From an uncultured Alphaproteobacteria bacterium (GTDB lineage: Bacteria > Pseudomonadota > Alphaproteobacteria > Micavibrionales > UBA2020): a stretch of 64,000 nt of DNA. The stretch covers positions 1,242,847 through 1,306,846 of the forward strand of contig CBIHNF010000001.1 of the NCBI GenBank assembly GCA_966211335.1. Reading direction: 5' to 3'. A program made the position numbers and the translations under genes. The notes below the pieces were generated by a model, which did not search any database, was not told where the DNA came from, and saw only the letters and a list, made by a program, of their open reading frames with translations. Of the stretch, positions 20,601-27,233 are shown piece after piece (within the stretch, counting starts at the first letter, position 1; each line of letters begins with the position of its first letter).

Positions 20601-20849
20601 ATCGCCCGTGCGCGGCAGGGTGAAGCGCGTGCCGAAGCGGCCTGCGGCTACAAAGGCCGCGACGAAAAGCAGCAGCAGCGCGGCATGGCCAGCGTTGCTG
20701 AACATGTCGAAGAATTTCAGGCACGCCAATCCTAGAAAGGTGAAGAGGACGGAAAGTGCCGGCCAAAAGCTGCGCCACAGGCGCTCCGCCAGCAGGGAGA
20801 TAAAGCTCCAGAAAAAGACCCAGTTAAATGTCAGGCCTTCCAGACTCAT
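17646..20849 (-). CDS. TIGR02302 / DUF4175 family membrane protein with a long low-complexity region
   Basis: 1067 aa with N-terminal TM helices. A region of about 190 aa runs from Lys/Asp/Glu-rich to Gln/Gly-rich, followed by a C-terminal conserved tail. The ATG directly abuts the lysA stop (TAAATG). This position next to lysA is typical for the alphaproteobacterial family. Confidence 0.8.
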   Translation of the reverse strand: MSLEGLTFNWVFFWSFISLLAERLWRSFWPALSVLFTFLGLACLKFFDMFSNAGHAALLLLFVAAFVAAGRFGTRFTLPRTGDVRRAIEKESDLRHRPLEAMKDTPVKGQSVETMQLWNRYQERLRKLGIRLKISRPRPNVGARDPYYIRFATLALLFIGLGVARHEAPFRIHQALTPDVKSWFTLGPVALDAWITPPDYTHQNPVFLATTQLGATPEKGAITVPENSILKVRLAGYSRPPKLVYDGVEHAFTQSQPKNFTLEMPITKSGELKITQWYFRQLGNWPVTVTNDLAPGIVVLKTETTKRSKLKITYMAKDDYRIKSVSGTIAPTPELLKVFGTKTVDFDVPVPDSPDKEMDYTTDLTSHPWAGSPVLLTLTASDDAGHESVSEVKQIVLPERAFTNPVAQRIIAARKKLIWYSDKVTQKLVITELADIASHPDNYKWDRITFLGLDVAVKRLVYDGKTEAVASLIPFLWDLAVRVEDGGVSLAGRELSDALQKLSDGLKDKTTSKEQLQQLRDNVNQKMREYVKNLANEMQQRMMEGKNQPQMSPELANKIMQQVDMQKLMDQLQAMDQGSEREQMERMAEYMKNSIDNMDMRKMDQMQKGQKESMQALEDLQKLIQRQQQLNDKTNKLQPKDQQLPDENAQKPEDKKPEEKKPDEKKQDEKKSDDKKQDEKKQDDKKNDQKKDDKQSGEQKDDKKDSGDQGGQKQEQQQQGGDKGDQGDKGQQQGQQQDQQPQPGSDDGKQGDQQGQKQQGQQAGGQQGNSGQQQVPNGQQSGQSQGQQPGQTPGGQQGDSQQGQGSGMSQGRPQLQPGQGSGKGQQNMPVPIPGESGNQPPQNAMKIPGGNGGMPDPTPNDAQAQQQSLHKNNDYGQNPQKQQAQGGDGKPEPAMPPIRSPKDSAAEQGGIRDKLGDIMRKMGEGMPQLPDNFAKSDQAMKGAVNNLNGNDLKNAVPMQREALDQLQQGMDKSVKAMADSLSATMLNFGFMPEGADKGFGEGYDPLGRGQGKPNGRGKPGSDYVKIPDEKERRRVQEIIEELRSRSNDFSRPKEEREYIDRLLDQFN
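18321..18905 (-). repeat. Coding low-complexity tract: about 8 tandem K-x-[DE]-[DEQ]-K pentapeptides, then a Q/G-rich stretch
   Basis: Translation: KPEDK KPEEK KPDEK KQDEK KSDDK KQDEK KQDDK KNDQK, then ...QGGQKQEQQQQGGDKGDQGDKGQQQGQQQDQQPQ...GQQPGQTPGGQQ. The DNA is built of imperfect 15-nt units (approx. 18766-18899). Confidence 0.85.
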
Positions 20850-22112
20850 TTAAAGCCACCCGGGGATAATATCCTGCTTCACAAGGTCGTCTACCGTCTG
20901 CTTCTTACGGGCGAGGGCGAATTTATTGCCCTTCACCATGACTTCCGATGCCAGCGGCCGCGTATTGTAGTTGGACGACATGACCGCGCCGTAAGCCCCC
21001 GCCGTCATGATGGCGACAAGGTCGCCGGCTTTCAGCTCGGGTAGCGTTTCATTGGTCAGGAATGTATCGCCGGTTTCGCAGACGGGGCCGACGACGTCAT
21101 AGAGCCGTTTTTTACCGCCGGGCTTATAGGGCAGCACGGCGTGATAGGCGTCGTACAGCGACGGGCGCATCAGGTCGTTCATCGCGGCGTCGAGGATGAG
21201 GAACTGCTTGTCGTCGCCTTTTTTCACGTTGACAACGCGGGAGAGGAGGATGCCGGCATCGCCAACAATGGAGCGGCCGGGCTCCAGCACGATATGCACG
21301 CCAAGCGGGGAAATCACATCGCGGATCATCAGCGCGTAGAGATACAAATCAGGCGGTGTTTCGTCCTTATAGGTAATGCCAAGGCCGCCGCCAAGATCGA
21401 CGCGGGTAATGTCATGCCCCTGCTTGCGTAATTTCAGCACAAGCTCGGCCACGCGAATATAGGCTTTGCGGAACGGCGCAAGGCTCGTCAGTTGCGAGCC
21501 AATGTGGACGGCGACCCCGGAAGCCTTGATGCCTTTCATCTTTTTCGCGCGGGCATAAAGGGCGGGCGCTTTATCGATGTCGATGCCGAATTTATTCTCT
21601 TTTTTGCCGGTGGTGATCTTGGCATGGGTCTTCGCATCGACGTTGGGGTTGATGCGGATAGAAACCGTGACTGTCTTTTTCAAGCGCTGCGCAATGCGGG
21701 AGATGAGTTCCAGCTCCGGCTCGGACTCGACGTTGATCTGGAAAATATTGCGTTTGATCGCTTCGGTGAGTTCGGCTTCCGACTTGCCGACGCCGGAGTA
21801 AACGATTTTGCCGGGCGACACGCCGGCAGCCAGCGCGCGGGCAAGTTCGCCGCCGGAAACAATATCCGCGCCGGCGCCCAGGTTTTTGAGCAGGCTCAAA
21901 ACGGCAAGATTGCTGTTCGCCTTGCAGGCGTAGCAGAGGGAGAAGTTTTTCTCCGACATCACGCTTTTCAGCGCGTCATGGTAAGCGCTGAAATTTTCGG
22001 TCAGCCTTTTCGCGCTGTAGCAATAGGCAGGGGTGCCGACTTTGTCAGCGATGGCTGCAAGGTCCACGTCTTCCATGAAGAGGCGGCCGGTTTTGTAATG
22101 AAGTGGGATCAT
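20850..22112 (-). CDS. lysA: Diaminopimelate decarboxylase
   Basis: 420 aa. PLP-lysine motif CYACKANSN, plus GGGLGI and CETGD motifs. Confidence 0.93.
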   Translation of the reverse strand: MIPLHYKTGRLFMEDVDLAAIADKVGTPAYCYSAKRLTENFSAYHDALKSVMSEKNFSLCYACKANSNLAVLSLLKNLGAGADIVSGGELARALAAGVSPGKIVYSGVGKSEAELTEAIKRNIFQINVESEPELELISRIAQRLKKTVTVSIRINPNVDAKTHAKITTGKKENKFGIDIDKAPALYARAKKMKGIKASGVAVHIGSQLTSLAPFRKAYIRVAELVLKLRKQGHDITRVDLGGGLGITYKDETPPDLYLYALMIRDVISPLGVHIVLEPGRSIVGDAGILLSRVVNVKKGDDKQFLILDAAMNDLMRPSLYDAYHAVLPYKPGGKKRLYDVVGPVCETGDTFLTNETLPELKAGDLVAIMTAGAYGAVMSSNYNTRPLASEVMVKGNKFALARKKQTVDDLVKQDIIPGWL

Positions 22113-22288
22113 CTGCGGATATACCGTTGGGGGTCAGGGTCGTTGGCGGGATCGGGGTAGGTATGCGGGAAATAGTCCTTATCGACCGAATCCGGCGGGT
22201 CGACCGCAGAAGGCTTCACGCCGCAACCCGACAGGCTTGCGGCCGACAAAAAGACGGCTAAATAAAACGACAGGAAAACTATTCTCAT
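22109..22288 (-). CDS. Small lipoprotein (59 aa), not in the ORF track
   Basis: Hand translation: MRIVFLSFYLAVFLSAASLSGCGVKPSAVDPPDSVDKDYFPHTYPDPANDPDPQRYIRR*. Lipobox L-S-G-C. Its stop TGA overlaps the lysA ATG (ATGA at 22109-22112). It falls below the 60-aa cutoff of the track. Confidence 0.7.
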   Translation of the reverse strand: MRIVFLSFYLAVFLSAASLSGCGVKPSAVDPPDSVDKDYFPHTYPDPANDPDPQRYIRR

Positions 22289-22345
22289 TTCACACCCATT
22301 CTTAACTATTATATAGTCCGGTTTCTAATTTGGAGTTAATGAATC

Positions 22346-22885
22346 ATGCGCACAAAAGCCCAAATTTACCTCTGGACGGTGGCGCTTGCCGCTTTGCTGG
22401 CCTATGGCGCGGTCGGGCTATTTGTTAAGGAAAATCAAACCGGAGAATCTGCCACCGCCGAAAAGCTGGCACCCGTGGTTTTCTACGATGAAAAAAACCG
22501 TGAAACGACGCTGGATGATTTCAAGGGCAGGGTGGTGCTGGTTAACCTCTGGGCCACCTGGTGCCCGCCCTGCGTGGCTGAACTTCCGTCCCTCGATCGT
22601 CTGCAGGAAAAGATGAAAGGACAGAAATTTATCGTTGTCCCCATATCAGTCGAAACCGACCGCAAAAAGGTCGCGAGTTTTATGAAGCTGCACGGCGCCC
22701 TTAACCTTGGTGCCTATGTTGACCGCGTGCATGATATCCAGAGCAACTGGATTTACCAAGGCATCCCGACCAGCTACCTGCTGGATGCGAAAGGCAACCT
22801 GATCGAGACCATCCCCATGCCAGCGGAATGGGACAAGGGCAGAATGCTGGATAAAATTCAAAGCGCAGTTGCGGCACAAAAATAA
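22346..22885 (+). CDS. TlpA/ResA-like periplasmic thiol:disulfide oxidoreductase
   Basis: 179 aa. N-terminal anchor and thioredoxin motif WATWCPPC. Confidence 0.85.
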   Translation: MRTKAQIYLWTVALAALLAYGAVGLFVKENQTGESATAEKLAPVVFYDEKNRETTLDDFKGRVVLVNLWATWCPPCVAELPSLDRLQEKMKGQKFIVVPISVETDRKKVASFMKLHGALNLGAYVDRVHDIQSNWIYQGIPTSYLLDAKGNLIETIPMPAEWDKGRMLDKIQSAVAAQK

Positions 22886-22887
22886 AA

Positions 22888-22937
22888 AGAGCATAGGTGC
22901 GTCCCCAGGGGGGAGAACATACCTATGCTCTTTCTTT
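22888..22937 (+). terminator. Terminator hairpin after the tlpA-like gene
   Basis: 11-bp stem AGAGCATAGGT (22888-22898) / ACCTATGCTCT (22921-22931), with an inner TCCCC/GGGGA stem, followed by TTCTTT. Confidence 0.65.
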
Positions 22938-22971
22938 ATCTCCGCCGCGGGGTTGCGGCGGATAAAACACC

Positions 22972-23565
22972 TTACGGCAGCAAACCTTCTTTCGTCAGCA
23001 CGCCTTTGGCATGCGGGCTGGTGAGGTTGATGTCGCGGATATAGTCAACATCCATGCCGCGTTCTTCCAGCAACTCGGCTTTACGCGCTTCCAGCTTGCG
23101 GCCAAGACGGTCGAGGTCAAGGTTGGTGGCGCGGACTTTCGGGAACATTTCTTCCTGTTCCTCACGGATATGGTGGTTGGTGGCTTCGCCGAGGACGATG
23201 AATTTCGCATCGAAAAGCTCATCGCCGGCTTCCATGCCAGCCAGCTGTTCGATCAGGTCGTTGCAGCCATCATGCTCTACTTTCGCTTCATCCATGATTT
23301 CGTGATCGTTGATAAGTTTCGCGACGGCAGGATAAAAAATCTCTTCCTCAATCTGCGCGTGAATAGAAAGTTCGGCGCAGGCTTCGCGCACGATTTCGTT
23401 TTTGCGCTCAAGATTATTATCGTCATCTTCAACCAGCTGCTGGAATTCCTTGAACAGCTTTTGCACCTTCTTGTGATCCTGCGTCAGGAGTTCAATGGCA
23501 TCGACCTTGCCGGTGAGGCGCTCTTTCAGCGTGGGGGTATGGAGAGGGGGGCGTTGCTTTTTCAT
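22972..23565 (-). CDS. Hemerythrin-like (HHE cation-binding) domain protein
   Basis: 197 aa. Spacing of His/Glu ligands (LLTQDHKKVQKLF...IEEEIFYP...HHIREEQEEMFP) is typical of hemerythrin domains. The ATG at 23565 (MKKQRPP) is preferred over 23616. Confidence 0.7.
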   Translation of the reverse strand: MKKQRPPLHTPTLKERLTGKVDAIELLTQDHKKVQKLFKEFQQLVEDDDNNLERKNEIVREACAELSIHAQIEEEIFYPAVAKLINDHEIMDEAKVEHDGCNDLIEQLAGMEAGDELFDAKFIVLGEATNHHIREEQEEMFPKVRATNLDLDRLGRKLEARKAELLEERGMDVDYIRDINLTSPHAKGVLTKEGLLP

Positions 23566-23623
23566 GGGGCAGCCTCTGGAAGTTGTTGGCGCGGATTGGT
23601 GTTCTGCAATCCCCAACGCGCCC

Positions 23624-23938
23624 TTATCCCGCTTCGTTCCGCCATGCCGCCAGCCGCAACATAAGATTTTTAGTATCGCCTTGAATTAAAATGGTTTTAA
23701 GGCGACTGGTCACGCCTTTCAGGAGACTGACGTGTGCTTTTGGAAGGTTCAGTTCATCGGCGATAAAGCTTAACAATTCCTTATTCGCTTTGCCGTCTTC
23801 AGGGACAGAGCGGACCGAGATTTTAAAGGCGGTTTCGCCATCGCCGATATCCATGATGCCTTGAAGGCCCGCTTTTTTGGCGCCGGGCGTCAGGCGCACA
23901 TTTATCGTAACGCCGTCACTGTGCGCCCGGAAAGGCAT
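23624..23938 (-). CDS. DUF167 (YggU/UPF0235) family protein
   Basis: VRLTPGAKK...KISVRSVPEDGKANKELLSFIADELNLPKAHVSLLKGVTSRLK. The start at 23938 (MPFRAHSDG) gives the usual length of about 100 aa. Confidence 0.75.
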   Translation of the reverse strand: MPFRAHSDGVTINVRLTPGAKKAGLQGIMDIGDGETAFKISVRSVPEDGKANKELLSFIADELNLPKAHVSLLKGVTSRLKTILIQGDTKNLMLRLAAWRNEAG

Positions 23939-24236
23939 CTGTCGTGCGCTTGATTTTAATGCGTGCAGGGGAAACGCCGGAAGTGGGATCGACAAAGTAA
24001 ATATAATCGCCGTCAGGCGTTGCGACGTAGAGCGCAATACCATCTTTCCAGGCGGAAATATGCTCGACATGGCTTAAGTTCGGCAGCTGCAATTCGGAGG
24101 GTGCTGCGGTAACAGGCTGTTTTGCCGTTATTTTTGTGGATGTTTTGGTGACAAGGCCATAGACCAGCAGGCCCATGCCCAAAGCCAGCAGCACCGTCAT
24201 GGTGGCGACAAGAGTTTTCAATCCGCGCATTGGCAT
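23916..24236 (-). CDS. Small N-terminally anchored hypothetical protein (106 aa)
   Basis: This is the C-terminal part of track ORF 23916-24734. Only the part starting at MPMRGLKTLVATMTVLLALGMGLLVYGLV lies outside rluD. The upstream 166 codons are antisense to rluD. Confidence 0.5.
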   Translation of the reverse strand: MPMRGLKTLVATMTVLLALGMGLLVYGLVTKTSTKITAKQPVTAAPSELQLPNLSHVEHISAWKDGIALYVATPDGDYIYFVDPTSGVSPARIKIKRTTDAFPGAQ

Positions 24237-24266
24237 TGTCCCTTTAATTATGCGATAAGCTATATC

Positions 24267-25238
24267 ATGGAAACCTTTACCGTCAAAGCATCCGACAGCG
24301 ACAAGGGCCTGCGCCTCGACAAGGTGCTGGCAACCCATGCGCCAGATTATTCGCGCTCCCGCCTCCAGCAGCTGATCGAGGGCGGTAACCTGCTGCTGAA
24401 CGGCGAGAAATTTGATAACAGCGCGTATAAAGTGAAACCAGGTGATGTTTTTGAAATCACCGTGCCGCCGTCTGTCGAGGCCATACCGAAGCCGCAAAAG
24501 ATTGATTTGGAAATTGTTTACGAAGACAAGGACGTCGTCGTCATCAATAAGGCGCCCGGCATGGTCGTGCATCCCGGCGCCGGCAATCATGACGGCACGC
24601 TCGTCAATGCGCTGCTTGCCTATTGCGGCGATGAACTTTCCGGCATCGGCGGTGTCAAGCGCCCCGGCATCGTGCATCGGCTGGATAAAGAAACATCCGG
24701 GCTTCTTATCGTCGCGAAAAACGATGCCGCGCATAAAGGGCTGACGGAGCAGTTATCGTCGCGCAAACTGAAGCGTATTTATCAGGCTGTCGTCTGGGGC
24801 AATATGTCGCCCGTTTCAGGCCGCATTGAAACACAACTGGCGCGCAGCCGCGAAGACCGCCAGAAAATCGCCGTCGTGCTGGAGGGCGGGCGTGAAGCGA
24901 TCACCGATTACGAAATGCTGGAGGCCTATGGCCTCTACGCCTCACTCGTGCAATGCCGCTTGCAGACCGGCCGTACGCACCAGATTCGCGTGCATATGGC
25001 GCATATCAAGCATTGGCTCGTCGGCGACCCGACCTATGGCAAGCACGCCATCCCGCGCTTCGTGAAGTTGCATAAAGTGCCGGAAAAAACGGCAGAAGCC
25101 ATGATGCGCTTCCCGCGTCAGGCACTGCATGCGGCGCAGCTTGAATTTATCCATCCGATCAGCGAAAATAAGATATCGCTGAAAGCGGAGCTGCCGGAAG
25201 ATATGAAAAATCTCCTCAAGCTGCTGCGAAAATCATAA
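24267..25238 (+). CDS. rluD: 23S rRNA pseudouridine synthase, RluD family
   Basis: 323 aa. N-terminal S4 domain, catalytic HRLDKETSGLLIVAKN, and TGRTHQIRVH. Confidence 0.9.
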   Translation: METFTVKASDSDKGLRLDKVLATHAPDYSRSRLQQLIEGGNLLLNGEKFDNSAYKVKPGDVFEITVPPSVEAIPKPQKIDLEIVYEDKDVVVINKAPGMVVHPGAGNHDGTLVNALLAYCGDELSGIGGVKRPGIVHRLDKETSGLLIVAKNDAAHKGLTEQLSSRKLKRIYQAVVWGNMSPVSGRIETQLARSREDRQKIAVVLEGGREAITDYEMLEAYGLYASLVQCRLQTGRTHQIRVHMAHIKHWLVGDPTYGKHAIPRFVKLHKVPEKTAEAMMRFPRQALHAAQLEFIHPISENKISLKAELPEDMKNLLKLLRKS

Positions 25239-25249
25239 GGATCAAAGAA

Positions 25250-25861
25250 ATGCAGGCAGGCACCGATCGCGCGCATATGAACAAAGGGCAGGAAGTCGAC
25301 CTGCTCGAGGTTGATCCTCAGCTGCACAAGCTTTTTGTGGGCCTCGGCTGGGAAGCGCCGGCGGAAACCGGCGGCAACCCCGTCGACATCGATGCCTCCG
25401 CCTTCATCCTCAACCGCGATAACCGTGTCCGCCGCGATACCGATTTCGTTTTCTACAACAACCTTGAAGCCGACCAGGGCTCCGTCAAGCACAAGGGTGA
25501 CAACACCACCGGCGAAAAAACCGACGGTGCCCACGACAACGAAATCATCGAGATCAACATGGAGGACATGCCCTTCGACGTTGACAAGATTTCCTTCGCC
25601 GTCACGATCCACAACGCGGAAGACCGCCAGCAGAACTTCGGTCTCATCAAGGGTGCCTATATCCGCATCGTCAACCTGCTGACGGGCATTGAAATCGCCC
25701 GCTACGACCTGACGGAAGACGCCTCCACCGACAACGCCATGATCTTCGGCGAAATGGTGCGCGAGGGGCTTGGCTGGAAATTCAAGGCCATCGGTCAGGG
25801 CTCCAAGGGCGGCCTCTACCAGATTGCCCGCGATTTCGGCGTCAACGTCGCTCCGATGTAA
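25250..25861 (+). CDS. TerD-domain stress protein
   Basis: 203 aa. Contains VDIDASAFILN and the Ca-binding-type KGDNTTGE...DNEIIEINM segment. AAGGA SD lies 7 nt upstream. Confidence 0.8.
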   Translation: MQAGTDRAHMNKGQEVDLLEVDPQLHKLFVGLGWEAPAETGGNPVDIDASAFILNRDNRVRRDTDFVFYNNLEADQGSVKHKGDNTTGEKTDGAHDNEIIEINMEDMPFDVDKISFAVTIHNAEDRQQNFGLIKGAYIRIVNLLTGIEIARYDLTEDASTDNAMIFGEMVREGLGWKFKAIGQGSKGGLYQIARDFGVNVAPM

Positions 25862-25957
25862 TTTAACCCCTTGGTTTTCTAAATCTTTTTGAGGTTTGAC
25901 AAGCCGGGTTTTCGGTCTATTTTACGGCTACCTCCTCCATCGGAAAGGTGACCGGCC

Positions 25958-27229
25958 ATGACCATCAAGAAATCGGCATCCCCCAAGAAAACGGCAAAAA
26001 AAGCGCCTGCCAAAAAGGCACAGAATTTTGATGTGATCATCATCGGCGCGGGGCCCGCGGGCCTCGCTTTCGCCACGATGGTTTCAGGCACCGGCCTTAA
26101 AGTCGCCATCATCGAAAAGCAGCCGGAAGCGGCGCTGGCCGATCCCGCCTATGACGGCCGCGAAATCGCGCTGACGCATCTGTCGCAGAAAATCATGGAG
26201 GACGCCGGCCTCTGGAGCGGCATTCCCATGCGCGATGTGTCGCTGATCCGCGATGCGAAGGTTCTGAACGGCGACAGCGACACCGCCTTTGCCAAGGCGA
26301 AACCGCTGCATTTCAACCATGTGGAGACAGGCCGCGACAACCTGGGTTTCATGGTGTCCAACCATCTGATCCGCACCGCCGCTTATGAAGCCGCCAAAAG
26401 CTGCAAAAACGTGACTTTCCTCACCGGCGTTGAAGTCACCTCCGTCGATACCACTGCGCAGCGGGCAAGGGCCGTCCTCTCCAATGGCATCACGCTGGAA
26501 GCGCCGCTGCTGGTGGCGGCGGACAGCCGCTTTTCAAAATCGCGCGGCGAGATGGGCATTGATGCCGCGATGCATGATTTCAACCGTTTGTGCATTGTCA
26601 CGCGCATGAACCACGAGCGCGCGCATGACGAAACCGCCTATGAATGCTTCTTCTATGACCGCACCCTGGCCGTGCTGCCGCTCAACCGCCGCCATGTTTC
26701 CGTCGTCGTCACGGCCGGTAACGAAGACGGCAAAAAAATCCTTTCGCAGTCGCCGGAGGAATTTGCCCGCGATATTGAAAAACGTATCGGCAAGCGGCTG
26801 GGAAAAATGCAGCTGACCGAAAAACTGCACGCTTATCCGCTGGTCGGCGTCTATGCCAAAAGCTTTTACAGCCGCCGCTTCGTGCTGCTTGGCGATGCTG
26901 CCGTCGGCATGCACCCTGTCACCGCGCATGGCTTCAATTTCGGCCTTCGCGGCGCGAAAGTGCTGACATCCGAAATCCAGAAAGCGCTGGAACTGGGGCT
27001 TGATATTGGCGCCGGTGAGGTGCTGGAAAAATACGAACGCCGCCACCGCGCCGCCACACGCGCGATGTACCTTGGCACCAATGCGCTGGTGGGGCTTTAT
27101 ACCCGCAGCTCGCCGGTCGCCAAAGTCGCCCGCGAATTGCTGCTGCGCCTCGGCGGCGCGCTGCCGCCCGCGCGCAAAGCCATCATGCGCCAGCTCACCG
27201 AGCTCGACGCAATTCAGGCGCTGTCTTAA
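25958..27229 (+). CDS. FAD-dependent monooxygenase, UbiH/UbiF/Coq6 family
   Basis: DVIIIGAGPAGLAFA Rossmann motif and GDAAVGMHPVTAHGFNFGLRG. A Lys-rich N-terminal extension of about 22 aa is present. Confidence 0.85.
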   Translation: MTIKKSASPKKTAKKAPAKKAQNFDVIIIGAGPAGLAFATMVSGTGLKVAIIEKQPEAALADPAYDGREIALTHLSQKIMEDAGLWSGIPMRDVSLIRDAKVLNGDSDTAFAKAKPLHFNHVETGRDNLGFMVSNHLIRTAAYEAAKSCKNVTFLTGVEVTSVDTTAQRARAVLSNGITLEAPLLVAADSRFSKSRGEMGIDAAMHDFNRLCIVTRMNHERAHDETAYECFFYDRTLAVLPLNRRHVSVVVTAGNEDGKKILSQSPEEFARDIEKRIGKRLGKMQLTEKLHAYPLVGVYAKSFYSRRFVLLGDAAVGMHPVTAHGFNFGLRGAKVLTSEIQKALELGLDIGAGEVLEKYERRHRAATRAMYLGTNALVGLYTRSSPVAKVARELLLRLGGALPPARKAIMRQLTELDAIQALS

Positions 27230-27233
27230 AAAA

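Noticed and set aside
22940-22961. A second hairpin (TCCGCCGC-GGGGTT-GCGGCGGA) between the tlpA-like and hemerythrin genes, as a possible terminator
   Set aside because: No U-run follows on either strand. I kept only the 22888-22937 hairpin as a terminator call.
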